Origin: Bacteroidales bacterium
GTDB taxonomy: Bacteria > Bacteroidota > Bacteroidia > Bacteroidales > ML635J-15
DNA length: 64,000 nucleotides
Direction of reading: 5' to 3'
Assembly: GCA_016937855.1 (NCBI GenBank)
Contig: JAFGVU010000003.1
Location: 50,541-114,540 of the forward strand
This document shows, piece after piece, positions 9,294 through 20,798 of this stretch (position 1 is its first letter; each line of letters begins with the position of its first letter). The notes under the pieces are model-generated. The model was not told the DNA's origin. It ran no database searches and worked only from the letters and a program-made list of their open reading frames with translations. A program made the position numbers and the translations under genes.

Positions 9294-11025
9294 TAAAGCT
9301 AAATATAATCTTATGAGATCGAAAATAATATATGTCGCGGTAATATTGATGCTTTTAGTGGTAAATAGTGCCTTTGCTCAGAACGAAGATGGAAATCTGG
9401 GCGAACAGACTGTGATTATTTACAACGAATACACTCCGGTACTTAAGGATGCAAACAGAATACAGTTTTTACCGGTAATAATTGATACGGTAAAAGTTTC
9501 ACCAAAGTTTGAGTATAATGTTGCGCCAATGGTTTACAAAACAGATTTTAAACCAACTCAAATTACTGCAGCAAGTATCAAAGGTGAACCATTAAAAAGG
9601 TTAGATAACGGAATGATAAAACTTGGAATGGGTAATTACTTATCGCCTTTTGTCGAGGTTTACTATAACTCACGCCGTGAAAAGAATTTTTCTGTTGGAG
9701 CTTATGTTAAACATCAATCTGCTCATGGGACTATTAAAAATGTCGCCGATCAGCCGGTCTATGCTGGTTATAATAATAATCTGGTTAAGGCATTCGGTAA
9801 AAAGTTTTTGCGAAATAGTACTGTTAGCGGAGATTTAGTTTTTAGTTCTAATCAAAACCATTTTTATGGATATGATCCATATATAAATCTGCCGGTCGAT
9901 CAAAAACCACTTATCAGATCAAATATGGAAATGCAAAGGTATAATCGTTTTACTGCTCAAACGGGTATTGTATCAAACAATACTGCTCAAAAGCGGTTCG
10001 ATTATAGACTCGATTTTGCTTATCAATATTTTTTTACTGCCAGTGACGATTCACAACATAAAATAAAATTTGATGCAGATTTAAGCAAACTTGTTAAATC
10101 TAACAGGTTTGGGGTAGATATAGGGTTTATGTTTAATAAAAATATGTATATCCCATCTGAGTTTGTTGCGCTGCAAACCGAGTATAATGAGATTTTTCTT
10201 GATTTAGATCCTTACTTTAAGCATTATACAAAAGATTGGCAAATAAAATTGGGAGCAAAAACTACCGGAGAATTCGTTGGTTCGAGCACTGAGTATCATA
10301 TTTATCCTGATATTTATTTTCAACACAATATTAGTAATACAATAATTCCTTATGCCGGATTTAAAGGGTATTTGGAAAACAATAACTTAGAAAGTATATC
10401 TTTGGTAAATCAATTTGTAAATAGTAGGAATTTACTGCTACAATCAACAAATTATGCTCAGGTAATCGATGTCGGGTTAAAGGGTAATATTAGTAAACAT
10501 TTATATTTTCACATTAATGGTAATTACTCAAAAATCGATAATATGGGATTCTTTGTAAATGATACCAGCATCGATTTGCAAAACAAATTCATTTTGGAAT
10601 ACACTAATGTTGAGAGATTTTCAGGTTATGCAGAGTTTGCTGTTCGTAATATAGGGAAATTTTCTGGTTTATTAAAAGGTCACTATTATTATTACTCTTA
10701 TATAAAAAGTCGTGAAAACGCTTGGCACATGCCTAGTTTCGATATCTATCTAAGCACTAAATATCAATTCGACGAAAAACTATCATTTGGCCTAGAAACA
10801 GGAGTTTTAAGTACTCGTTTTGCTAAAGACATGAGCAATCCTTCTAGTGATGGGGTTAAACTAAAACCTGTTGTAGATGTTAATTTGTTCGCAGATTATT
10901 CTTTTGCTAGTAACTTTAGTGCATTTATTTATATGAATAATATTGCCGGACAAAAAAACTATTATTGGAACAATTATCAGTCGCAAGGATTTAATTTTAT
11001 GTTAGGCATAAAATACTTATTCTAA
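9280..11025 (+). CDS. Putative outer-membrane beta-barrel (porin-like) protein
   Basis: Signal peptide ...IIYVAVILMLLVVNSAFAQ, abundant alternating aromatic/polar strands, and a C-terminal ...GIKYLF. The ATG at 9280 overlaps the upstream stop by 14 nt. ATG 9313 is an alternative start. Confidence 0.5.
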   Translation: MKTNNKAKYNLMRSKIIYVAVILMLLVVNSAFAQNEDGNLGEQTVIIYNEYTPVLKDANRIQFLPVIIDTVKVSPKFEYNVAPMVYKTDFKPTQITAASIKGEPLKRLDNGMIKLGMGNYLSPFVEVYYNSRREKNFSVGAYVKHQSAHGTIKNVADQPVYAGYNNNLVKAFGKKFLRNSTVSGDLVFSSNQNHFYGYDPYINLPVDQKPLIRSNMEMQRYNRFTAQTGIVSNNTAQKRFDYRLDFAYQYFFTASDDSQHKIKFDADLSKLVKSNRFGVDIGFMFNKNMYIPSEFVALQTEYNEIFLDLDPYFKHYTKDWQIKLGAKTTGEFVGSSTEYHIYPDIYFQHNISNTIIPYAGFKGYLENNNLESISLVNQFVNSRNLLLQSTNYAQVIDVGLKGNISKHLYFHINGNYSKIDNMGFFVNDTSIDLQNKFILEYTNVERFSGYAEFAVRNIGKFSGLLKGHYYYYSYIKSRENAWHMPSFDIYLSTKYQFDEKLSFGLETGVLSTRFAKDMSNPSSDGVKLKPVVDVNLFADYSFASNFSAFIYMNNIAGQKNYYWNNYQSQGFNFMLGIKYLF

Positions 11026-11144
11026 GCTATTTAGTTGTATCAGGTTTTTATTATTCCAAAGCTATTAACAATTTATCGTAATATGTTGATATACAGCACT
11101 ATGAGCTGTCTGTAATTGTTAATAAATACCTGTCAGATATCTAA

Positions 11145-13205
<2,061 letters not shown>

Positions 13206-13239
13206 TAGAATTCTTTAGCTTACTTAAAATACTGAATCT

Positions 13240-13275
13240 AAGTGTCTGTAAAAGTCTTGCAGACACTTTTTTTTA
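13240..13275 (+). terminator. Rho-independent terminator of gyrB
   Basis: AGTGTCTG-(11-nt loop)-CAGACACT followed by T8, about 35 nt after the gyrB stop. Confidence 0.75.
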
Positions 13276-13307
13276 GGTGTATAGAACCGAAGATCTATTA
13301 AGATCTT

Positions 13308-13537
13308 ACTAATGTTAATGCCCTACGGGCAAACAGTAAAAGCTTATAGCAAGCTTTCACTAATGTTAATGCCCTACGGGCAAACAGTAAAAGCTTATAG
13401 CAAGCTTTTACTAATGTTAATGCCCTACGGGCAAACAGTAAAAGCTTATTGCAAGCTTTCACTAATGTTAATGCCCTGCGGGCAAACAGCAAAAGCTTAT
13501 AGCAAGCTTTTACTAATGTTAATGCCCTACGGGCAAA
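13308..13537. repeat. Tandem array of 4.5 copies of a 51-bp double-hairpin unit
   Basis: Unit is ACTAATGTTAATGCCCTACGGGCAAACAGTAAAAGCTTATAGCAAGCTTTC, with copies starting at 13308, 13359, 13410, 13461 and 13512 (the last is partial). Each unit contains the palindromes GCCC-TAC-GGGC and AAAGCTT-ATAGC-AAGCTTT. Confidence 0.9.
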
Positions 13538-13602
13538 ACCATGGTTTTTGTTGTTATCTGTGTTTCATCTATAAGAATGGTTGTTAAACTTTATTAGAGG
13601 TT

Positions 13603-13626
13603 TTATAGTCCGTAGGACTTATATGT
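13603..13626. repeat. Solo inverted copy of the 32.5-kb array hairpin (AGTCCGTAGGACT)
   Basis: TATAGTCCGTAGGACTTATATGT is close to the reverse complement of the core of the 50-bp unit at 32461-32610 (ATGTATAAGTCCTACGGACTAAAG). A weaker variant, GTCCGTAGGAC, lies at 13660-13670. Confidence 0.7.
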
Positions 13627-13753
13627 TAGTAAAAAAAGAAGACTATCTTTTTTTACTTTGTCCGTAGGACATAAATATTTGACGCCTGAGAGTAGAATAG
13701 AAAACCTATTTTTATTTGTAATGTAATGCCACTTCGACAAGGCATAGTGCATC

Positions 13754-13794
13754 GCCTACGGGCAAAGCCATGGTTTTGTTGTTATTTGTGTTTT
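13754..13794. repeat. Dispersed duplicate of the array tail (GCCTACGGGCAAAGCCATGGTTTTGTTGTTATTTGTGTTTT)
   Basis: Near-identical to 13524-13565 (GCCCTACGGGCAAAACCATGGTTTTTGTTGTTATCTGTGTTT). Both contain the palindrome AA(A/G)CCATGGTTT. Confidence 0.75.
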
Positions 13795-13844
13795 AGTCGG
13801 GTAGGCGTGTTCTAACCTTGTGTCTAGTAAAACAGAACTGTAAT

Positions 13845-15368
13845 TTATTGACCAAACATAAAGTCGAATCGACCACGCTCTTTTTCTATTTGATTTTTGT
13901 GCGAAATAATATATTCGTAAACATAGCCGGGTTTAATGTCTTTGGAAATAATCTTATTTGAGTTGTCAAGGATAAATAGACGAGGTGTTTTGTAAGTTCC
14001 GTAATATTGTTCAAAATTCGTTGAATTATCAGCATCGTAAGCATTTATCCAATCAAGTTGATTTTGGTCAATAAATTGTAGCCATAATTCTATTTCATCG
14101 TTATTTGTATTAATTCCAATAACTTCGACACTTTCGGTTTTTAGGGTGTCATATTCTGCTCTTAGTTGTTTAACTGCATCAATACATAATTCACATTCAG
14201 GTTCCCAAAATAGCAGAACTTTATAGGTTGAGTCACTATCATGAATCGAGAATTTTTCGCCATTGTTTTTATTTAAAATAAGGTCTTTACCAATTTCACC
14301 AATTAAATTATATTGAATCCCTTCTATTCTGAATTTCATAATCTCAAACGCTTGCTGACTAATCCATTCGGGTTTAGAGATTAAAAAATAGTTGCGATAA
14401 ATATACACAAGAATTGCCTCCAATCTTAAATCACTTGGGTTTTCATATCTTGAGATTAGATAAGTTAAAATGTAACGTTGATAATTTTGATTATTTCCGG
14501 TTTTTTCGATTAGTCTATCTATGTCATTAAAGACTTCGTCAACTTTATTACTACGCACATCAAAAAAGTAGTAGCAGTAATCTGTCAATTGCTTGTGAAA
14601 GACGAATTCAGGAGTGTTTAACAATGCATCATCGGTAAAATCAACTCTGTCAAGATAATGATCAATATAATATTTATAGTGTTCAGCAGGATTTGAATAT
14701 TGAATGGCTTTTATGCTGTCGGGAACCGAAAAAGGTTCTAAAATATTTAAAATTTTATGCAGAAATAATCCTGGTTCTACTTTGTTTTTAAACTCAGAAT
14801 ACAATTTAGATTGTACATTATTTAGGCTATCGATTTTGCTTTCAACAAATTCAACAGTATCTTTTTGATACATTTTGAAAAAGTTTAATTCCATTTCCAG
14901 TTGAGATCTTTGTTTATTGATAGAGGCTATCATTTTTTGCAAATCAACAAATATTTGATATTGCTTTTCGCCATTTATTTGCAGTTTTCCTAGTATGTCA
15001 CGAGTATTGGTTTTGATTGTGAAGTCCTGATTGTCGGCTATAATAAAATCGAAACGAGTTTGAGGAGGGATGACTATAAAATATACTCCTGTTTCCAACT
15101 TTTTGTCTCCTGAAAACTGAACATGTCCGTTTACAGCCTGAATAGAATCGATTATTTCAAAATCGGGACCAACATGTTTACCAAAATAAATTATATAATC
15201 CGGGCAATTCTCGATTTCAACTTTAATATTGTAAGCAGAAGAGTTGTGAGATATTATTGCAAAAAAAACAAATAAGCCGTATTTAACGGCTTTTAAATAT
15301 GGCTTATTTGTGATAATATTTTTACTGATTCTTTTTAGCACGTTTTTCCTTTTCTTTTTCAAACTCAA
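13845..15368 (-). CDS. Thioredoxin-fold (TlpA/AhpC-TSA-like) protein with a long N-terminal DUF5106-like region; paralog 2
   Basis: CxxC motif in FWEPECELCIDAVKQL. It is collinear with and similar to the upstream paralog. Signal-peptide-like KAVKYGLFVFFAIISHNSSA. There is no in-frame ATG near the 5' end, so the start must be TTG 15368/15362 or GTG 15341. All of these overlap the upstream gene. Confidence 0.65.
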   Translation of the reverse strand: MSLKKKRKNVLKRISKNIITNKPYLKAVKYGLFVFFAIISHNSSAYNIKVEIENCPDYIIYFGKHVGPDFEIIDSIQAVNGHVQFSGDKKLETGVYFIVIPPQTRFDFIIADNQDFTIKTNTRDILGKLQINGEKQYQIFVDLQKMIASINKQRSQLEMELNFFKMYQKDTVEFVESKIDSLNNVQSKLYSEFKNKVEPGLFLHKILNILEPFSVPDSIKAIQYSNPAEHYKYYIDHYLDRVDFTDDALLNTPEFVFHKQLTDYCYYFFDVRSNKVDEVFNDIDRLIEKTGNNQNYQRYILTYLISRYENPSDLRLEAILVYIYRNYFLISKPEWISQQAFEIMKFRIEGIQYNLIGEIGKDLILNKNNGEKFSIHDSDSTYKVLLFWEPECELCIDAVKQLRAEYDTLKTESVEVIGINTNNDEIELWLQFIDQNQLDWINAYDADNSTNFEQYYGTYKTPRLFILDNSNKIISKDIKPGYVYEYIISHKNQIEKERGRFDFMFGQ

Positions 15369-16770
15369 TTAAGCTTTTGATATTTTCGACTCCAATTCTC
15401 TTGCCGATAATTTTTTTGTCTTTATCTAGAACATAAATTACCGGAGTGCTATAAATATCATAAAAATCGCGGAATCTTGAATGAGGGTAGGGCCCGTCCC
15501 AAATGTTGTACCAACCTTCTTCGATTAGGTTTTTTTCTTCGACAAACTCTTTCCATTCGTCTTTATCGTATTGTGTATAAACTGCAAAGATTTTTACATT
15601 TAGAGCTTGCAAGCTGTCGCGATAATGCTGCATTAGTTTTGGTACTTCTTTTTTGCAGTGACCGCAATGAGGTTCGTAAAAAACTAAAACAGTATAATCA
15701 CCTTTAATATCATGTAGGTTATAAAATTTATCGTCGAGACTTTGCATTCTTTCGAGATTGTATGCAACATTGCCCAGTTTAGTTGGAGTAATTTTTTCGA
15801 CTCTTTCGGTTAGTTTTGATAAAAAAGCACTATCTGCCCATGTGGCTAAGCCACTTAGATACCATTTTTCGGCAATGTCAACAAAAACAGCATCGTATCC
15901 CATAATTTTTGATGACTCAAAATAATGCAATAAGTGTGATGCAGTATATTGAAACATAAGACTATCTCCACCATCATAGGTTTTTTGGATGATATTGTTT
16001 GCTTCAGGCAAAAGAGAATCAATAAGAGGAACTACCATTTTATCGAAGTAATAGTTTATTTTTCCTTCATAAATTGGAGTTCTGAGTAATCCGCTTTCAG
16101 AAAAATCAACATAGTCAAAGTAGTGGGTTTTGTAAAATCTGTATTGAAACGAAGAGTCAGTTATTACACCATTTTCATCTTTTGGAGGATCAGGAATTTC
16201 GATGTCTTTCATCGCAAGAAGTACTTTCGAGAAGAAATAATCGGGATGTTCGCTAACGATTTTATCCATATATTCGATCCTTTCGTTATTTAACTCGTTC
16301 ATTTGTTCGCTTACCTTCTTTCTTTCTACTTCATCATCCTTTACAGCCTCATAACTTTTATTTAGTTCCATTCGACGTTTTTGAATATCGGTCATGAACT
16401 TTTGATACTCATTAAAAACAACATTTTCTTTGCAACCTTTTACCTTCATGTTTTCGACAAAGTTTGCCGTGTCGGTTTCGATAGAAAAGATTTGTTTGTC
16501 AGTTATTAATAGCTCAAAGTAGTTCATGTTTTTTGATGGCATTACTAATAAATATATTCCTCTGTGGAGAGTCTTGTCGCCTTTGAAAACGGCATATCCT
16601 TTACTGTCAATTTCTGTGGTGTCGATAACCAGTTTTTTTTCGCCAAAATGATGACCAAGGTAAACAACGGTATCACTAATTCCATTAATTTTAAACTTGA
16701 TCTCGTAGCCCTGTGCAAATATTCCAGTAGTAAATAGAGAAATCGCAAGAATAAAAAGAAATCGTTTCAT
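15322..16770 (-). CDS. Thioredoxin-fold (TlpA/AhpC-TSA-like) protein with a long N-terminal DUF5106-like region; paralog 1
   Basis: Signal peptide MKRFLFILAISLFTTGIFAQ. CxxC motif in FYEPHCGHCKKEVPKL. Thioredoxin-like C-terminal domain. Confidence 0.7.
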   Translation of the reverse strand: MKRFLFILAISLFTTGIFAQGYEIKFKINGISDTVVYLGHHFGEKKLVIDTTEIDSKGYAVFKGDKTLHRGIYLLVMPSKNMNYFELLITDKQIFSIETDTANFVENMKVKGCKENVVFNEYQKFMTDIQKRRMELNKSYEAVKDDEVERKKVSEQMNELNNERIEYMDKIVSEHPDYFFSKVLLAMKDIEIPDPPKDENGVITDSSFQYRFYKTHYFDYVDFSESGLLRTPIYEGKINYYFDKMVVPLIDSLLPEANNIIQKTYDGGDSLMFQYTASHLLHYFESSKIMGYDAVFVDIAEKWYLSGLATWADSAFLSKLTERVEKITPTKLGNVAYNLERMQSLDDKFYNLHDIKGDYTVLVFYEPHCGHCKKEVPKLMQHYRDSLQALNVKIFAVYTQYDKDEWKEFVEEKNLIEEGWYNIWDGPYPHSRFRDFYDIYSTPVIYVLDKDKKIIGKRIGVENIKSLIEFEKEKEKRAKKNQ

Positions 16771-16909
16771 AAGTATAAGTTTTAAAAATGTTTAAAGTAC
16801 AAATATAATAAAAAAGAACTTTTGCTTTTGTTCAAATTCTTTGCCAAAATACTAAACTAACGTTTTAATATCAAATTGGTTCGCCAAAAAGTCACAATAT
16901 ATAGTTAAT

Positions 16910-19681
16910 TTAGAAATTATCGTACCAGCTACGGCGTTTCGCAAGTTTTAAATCTTTCAGCATAGATGCTTTTACATTTATTTGGAACATATAAGCCTTG
17001 TGAGTGCCAAATGGAACAAGATGGAGACTTGCTTCCCAGCAATGCAAATCTCTGTATATGTCAACAGTTGTGTAAGTTGCTTTATTTAATATGAAATCAT
17101 ATCCCGACCCAAAACTAATTTTCCATTTTTTAGTCAGGTTAAAATCACCTGTCAATCTGACATTTTGAGATATTGTTGCTTCATCGTATGGTTTTCTGTA
17201 ATCAAAATTATAGCTTACTCGGAGATTCCATGGTATGTCAAAATCTACATAATTGTCTGGATATCCATATAATACTTCGTATTGGGAAGCTGGCGTCTCT
17301 GCCTTTGTAGAGCTTGATGATCTTAAAGAAAAACTTGCAGATGCATAGGCTGTTGTCATTCTGAAGAGTTTCTTGTCGGCTGAGTTGATAAGGAATTCAT
17401 TTATTCTCTGCGGACGATTATATTCATTTACACCATAAGCATAGGGGTCTAAAGTAGCTCTAAAAGAAATGTCGAAAAGTTTTATTTTTGTTCTTCCATT
17501 TATCGAAAGAGGAGCCCAATTAAGGCTATCAGCCATAATATTATAATTTGTTGTAAAAACCAGCGATTCTAGAATTTTAATTTTTTTATCTGTTGTAACC
17601 GTATCATTTTTATCTCTGATTTTCATTTCCAGATTATTACCTATATTAAAGTTAATAGAGCCTGCACCTCCTCTTGTTGGGCTGCCGTACGGAAGATTTG
17701 AGTACAGAGAGTAAATATAAGGCACAGTGTCATATTGTCCGGTCGTTCCATTGTATTGTATGCGAAAATACTCATCATAGTACCCATACTTTTCCTGTCC
17801 GAAATCGGGGCGATAGCTAAAACTAATATTTGGGGACACAACATGTCGTATTGCTTTTAGCCTACCTTTTTTGAAATTAAACATCCCGTAAAGTTGTGTT
17901 GACCAATTAACAGACGCATTGTAATCCCATACTCTTGAGAAATTGGTGTAATAATCCGAAGCTAAAAATCCAATAGTATCAGCAGCGTTTTGGTAGTCCC
18001 AAAACTGGTTCATTTGCTTAAAATACCATCGTTCGGTATAATTAAAGCCTGGTGATATTGTTGTGTGTTTTAAAAACTTAAACGATGTTGTTATAGGTAT
18101 TTTGTGAGATATGCCATTGGTGATATTATTAAAATCTATATCGAAAAATGAAGAGTCGGTGGTTGCAATTTGATTAGTAAGATTCATATTATATGACACC
18201 CCAATTTTTTCGTAAAACCTTGTTTTCCCAACCTTTACGTTTCTTTTAAATGGATATATACGATTAACATTAAAAGCAACATCGGGCAAGGTCATTTTAA
18301 TCTCACGTGTTTGATTGTTTTGGTTTTGACGCAATGCAGCTGTTAGACTAAAAGGAGTTCCTGGCCAACTTTTACTGTATGAAATACTCGAAGTTTTGTT
18401 TGTTGACATGTAATTTGAAGCTGAGTATGAGTTGTATTTATCGAATGATGATGATGAAATATTAACATCGGCAGAAAAAGTTGAGTTTGGTCGAGCTTTG
18501 GCATCCTGATTAAATTTCCATCTAAAAGCATACATGTCGTTGCTTTGATAGTTTGATAAACCTTGATAACCAATTTTATTTTTATTGTAAACCATCACCA
18601 AATTGCCATTAAACTTGTATCTTACTTTGTAATTAGTTGATAAACTAATACCCCAACTACCTTTAGTATATATGTCGCCTAAAACTGTTAAATCCATGAA
18701 ATCGTTAATGGCCCAGTAATAGCCGCCTTTTCGCAAGAAAAATCCTCTGTTTGTTTCTTCTCCAAATTCCGGAATTAATATCCCATTCGATCCTCCTTTA
18801 GAATTTGGGAAAAACCCAAATGGAATTCCTAATGGTGTTGGTATATCCTCGATAACAAGATAGGCAGGCCCTGAAACTATTTTATCATTTGGAATTACCT
18901 TAGCTTTACTAATTTTAAAATAGTAATGAGGATGGTCAAGATCACATGTGGTAAATTTTCCATCAATCATGTGAACGTGTCCGTTATCTTGCTTCTTTGT
19001 TTTGCCGCCATGCAAAAAACTCCCTTCAAACTCCGTGGTAACCTCTTTAATTATACCTTTCTTACTTCTGAAATTATATCTGATAGTATCGGCTTCAAAC
19101 TCTTCTTCCTTATCTTTGAAAAGTGGTTTCCCATTTATAATTCCAAGGCTGTCTTCAATGCCAAAAGCATAAACTTCGTTAGTGTTAAAGTCCATTTCAA
19201 TAAAATCGGCAGTTAGGTTGATGCTTTCATAAATTACAACTGCATTACCATATAAATATGCTTTTTGTTTAACAAAATCAAATAATAATGAATCTTCGGC
19301 ATCGTAATACACAGGATAGTCAAAAGCCATATTTGATTTTGGCATGTTTATAGAGTCAATGCTTTTTTTTATACTAGTTCTAATTGTGTCGTCATCTATT
19401 GTTAAGACAGGTTTTGAATAATCAGTTGTTAAATATTTGGATTGACTTAAAAAAGTTGTGGTATGATGATTGTAATAGCCAAAAGCGTTGTTGGTAAATA
19501 CACCAATAACTGTTAATAAGAGTATTAACAATTTTTTTAAAAACGATATGGAAGTTATATCTTTGTACAAAATTGAAAATTTGCCCAAAACTAATGAAAA
19601 AAACGTTTCGCAAACCAAAACTAATATGTTTATGCTGCAAAAAATTATAAATACTACATTGTTAATAGTGTTTTTTAGCAC
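16910..19681 (-). CDS. LptD-like large outer-membrane protein (putative LPS-assembly protein, Bacteroidetes type)
   Basis: OstA-like N-terminal region (YLYGNAVVIYESINLTADFIEMDFNTNEVYAFG), then about 700 aa of beta-strand-rich sequence ending ...SWYDNF. It lies next to amidase and mlaD genes. The GTG at 19681 would overlap the divergent amidase gene. TTG at 19570 (MYKDITSISFLKKLLILLLTVIGVFTNNAFG) is a more plausible start. Confidence 0.55.
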   Translation of the reverse strand: MLKNTINNVVFIIFCSINILVLVCETFFSLVLGKFSILYKDITSISFLKKLLILLLTVIGVFTNNAFGYYNHHTTTFLSQSKYLTTDYSKPVLTIDDDTIRTSIKKSIDSINMPKSNMAFDYPVYYDAEDSLLFDFVKQKAYLYGNAVVIYESINLTADFIEMDFNTNEVYAFGIEDSLGIINGKPLFKDKEEEFEADTIRYNFRSKKGIIKEVTTEFEGSFLHGGKTKKQDNGHVHMIDGKFTTCDLDHPHYYFKISKAKVIPNDKIVSGPAYLVIEDIPTPLGIPFGFFPNSKGGSNGILIPEFGEETNRGFFLRKGGYYWAINDFMDLTVLGDIYTKGSWGISLSTNYKVRYKFNGNLVMVYNKNKIGYQGLSNYQSNDMYAFRWKFNQDAKARPNSTFSADVNISSSSFDKYNSYSASNYMSTNKTSSISYSKSWPGTPFSLTAALRQNQNNQTREIKMTLPDVAFNVNRIYPFKRNVKVGKTRFYEKIGVSYNMNLTNQIATTDSSFFDIDFNNITNGISHKIPITTSFKFLKHTTISPGFNYTERWYFKQMNQFWDYQNAADTIGFLASDYYTNFSRVWDYNASVNWSTQLYGMFNFKKGRLKAIRHVVSPNISFSYRPDFGQEKYGYYDEYFRIQYNGTTGQYDTVPYIYSLYSNLPYGSPTRGGAGSINFNIGNNLEMKIRDKNDTVTTDKKIKILESLVFTTNYNIMADSLNWAPLSINGRTKIKLFDISFRATLDPYAYGVNEYNRPQRINEFLINSADKKLFRMTTAYASASFSLRSSSSTKAETPASQYEVLYGYPDNYVDFDIPWNLRVSYNFDYRKPYDEATISQNVRLTGDFNLTKKWKISFGSGYDFILNKATYTTVDIYRDLHCWEASLHLVPFGTHKAYMFQINVKASMLKDLKLAKRRSWYDNF

Positions 19682-20795
19682 TAGTTTGACTGTGATTTCG
19701 CTTGCTCAAGTGCCACAAAAAAATAAAATCAGAACAGTTGTGATCGATCCCGGGCATGGTGGCTCCGACCCAGGCGCAGTTGGTAAGTATTCCAGAGAAA
19801 AAGATATTGCTCTTGATATTTCTTTGAAATTCGGGAAAATGATAGAAGAAAAATATAAAGACATTAAAGTAATTTACACAAGAACAGATGATAGTTTTGT
19901 AGAATTATACAAACGAGCACAAATAGCAAATGAAAACAACGCCGATTTGTTTATTTGTGTGCACGTAAATGCTTCGTCAAGTAGTTCGCCTTATGGAACC
20001 GAAACTTTTGTGATGGGACTACATGTTAATGAAGCAAACCTAAGAGTCGCAAAACTCGAGAACTCCGTTATTTTGCAAGAAGAAAATTATGAAGACCAAT
20101 ATGAAGGATTCGACCCTAATGATCCGGAGAATCATATTATTTTTAGCCTTTTTCAAAATGCCAACTTAACACAAAGTCTTTTCTTTGCCGGAAAAGTACA
20201 AGACGAGTTTAGGGATAAAGTTAAAAGATATGATAGAGGTGTTAAACAGGCAGGATTTTTAGTGCTTTGGAAAACAACAATGCCTGCAGTATTGGTCGAG
20301 TTAGGATTTATCTCGAATCCCGAAGAGGAGAAATATCTTAATTCAAAAACAGGACAGGAAGAACTTGCTGTCGCATTGTTTGATGCTTTTAAAGATTATA
20401 AGAATCATTACGAGGAAAATAGTGCCGAAATTCAAAATGCGGTTAAAGAAGTTGAATCAAACCTAGAAACAGTTATTGAGCAAAAAGAAGTGGTGGAGAC
20501 TCAAACTCCTGTTGTTGAAAATACTTCTCAAACAGGTATCTTTTTTAAAGTTCAAGTAATGACATCAACTCAAAAAATTGAAAATTATTCTGAAAAATTT
20601 CGTCCTTATCAAAATGTTGATGTATATTTGCACAACGGAGTTTATAAATATACAATTGGTAAAGAAACCGATTATAATAAGATTTTGAAACTCCAGAACG
20701 AACTTAAGTCTGAGTTTAAGGGGTGTTTCGTTGTTGCATTAAAAAACGGAGAAAGAATTCCTTTAAACCAGGCCAGAAGCGAACTGGGACAATAA
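19626..20795 (+). CDS. N-acetylmuramoyl-L-alanine amidase (Amidase_3, AmiC-like) with a C-terminal SPOR-like domain
   Basis: Motifs VVIDPGHGGSDPGAVG, FICVHVNAS and LVELGFISNPEEE. The C-terminus GIFFKVQVMTST...YKYTIGKETDYNKILKLQNELKSEFKGCFVVAL is SPOR-like. The ORF track begins at 19488, but ATG 19626 (MFMLQKIINTTLLIVFFSTSLTVISLAQ) gives a proper signal peptide. Confidence 0.85.
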   Translation: MFMLQKIINTTLLIVFFSTSLTVISLAQVPQKNKIRTVVIDPGHGGSDPGAVGKYSREKDIALDISLKFGKMIEEKYKDIKVIYTRTDDSFVELYKRAQIANENNADLFICVHVNASSSSSPYGTETFVMGLHVNEANLRVAKLENSVILQEENYEDQYEGFDPNDPENHIIFSLFQNANLTQSLFFAGKVQDEFRDKVKRYDRGVKQAGFLVLWKTTMPAVLVELGFISNPEEEKYLNSKTGQEELAVALFDAFKDYKNHYEENSAEIQNAVKEVESNLETVIEQKEVVETQTPVVENTSQTGIFFKVQVMTSTQKIENYSEKFRPYQNVDVYLHNGVYKYTIGKETDYNKILKLQNELKSEFKGCFVVALKNGERIPLNQARSELGQ

Positions 20796-20798
20796 AGA

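Noticed and set aside
13308-13537. CRISPR array (also considered for 32461-32610 and 61762-61917).
   Set aside because: The units abut head-to-tail with no unique spacers. The periods of 50-58 bp equal the repeat length itself. No cas genes are in the window.
13298-13587. ORF-track entries 13312-13587 (+, 91 aa) and 13298-13492 (-, 64 aa) encoding perfect 17-aa repeats (MLMPYGQTVKAYSKLSL...).
   Set aside because: They are open only because the 51-bp tandem unit is a multiple of three and happens to lack stops on both strands. They lie in a terminator-rich gap between convergent genes. The repeat unit is dominated by palindromes, so I call it a non-coding repeat.
19488-19681. Apparent 194-nt divergent overlap of the amidase ORF (track start 19488) and the LptD-like ORF (track start 19681).
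   Set aside because: Both are maximal ORF extensions. ATG 19626 gives the amidase a proper signal peptide, and TTG 19570 gives the LptD-like protein one. This leaves a short divergent gap instead of an overlap.
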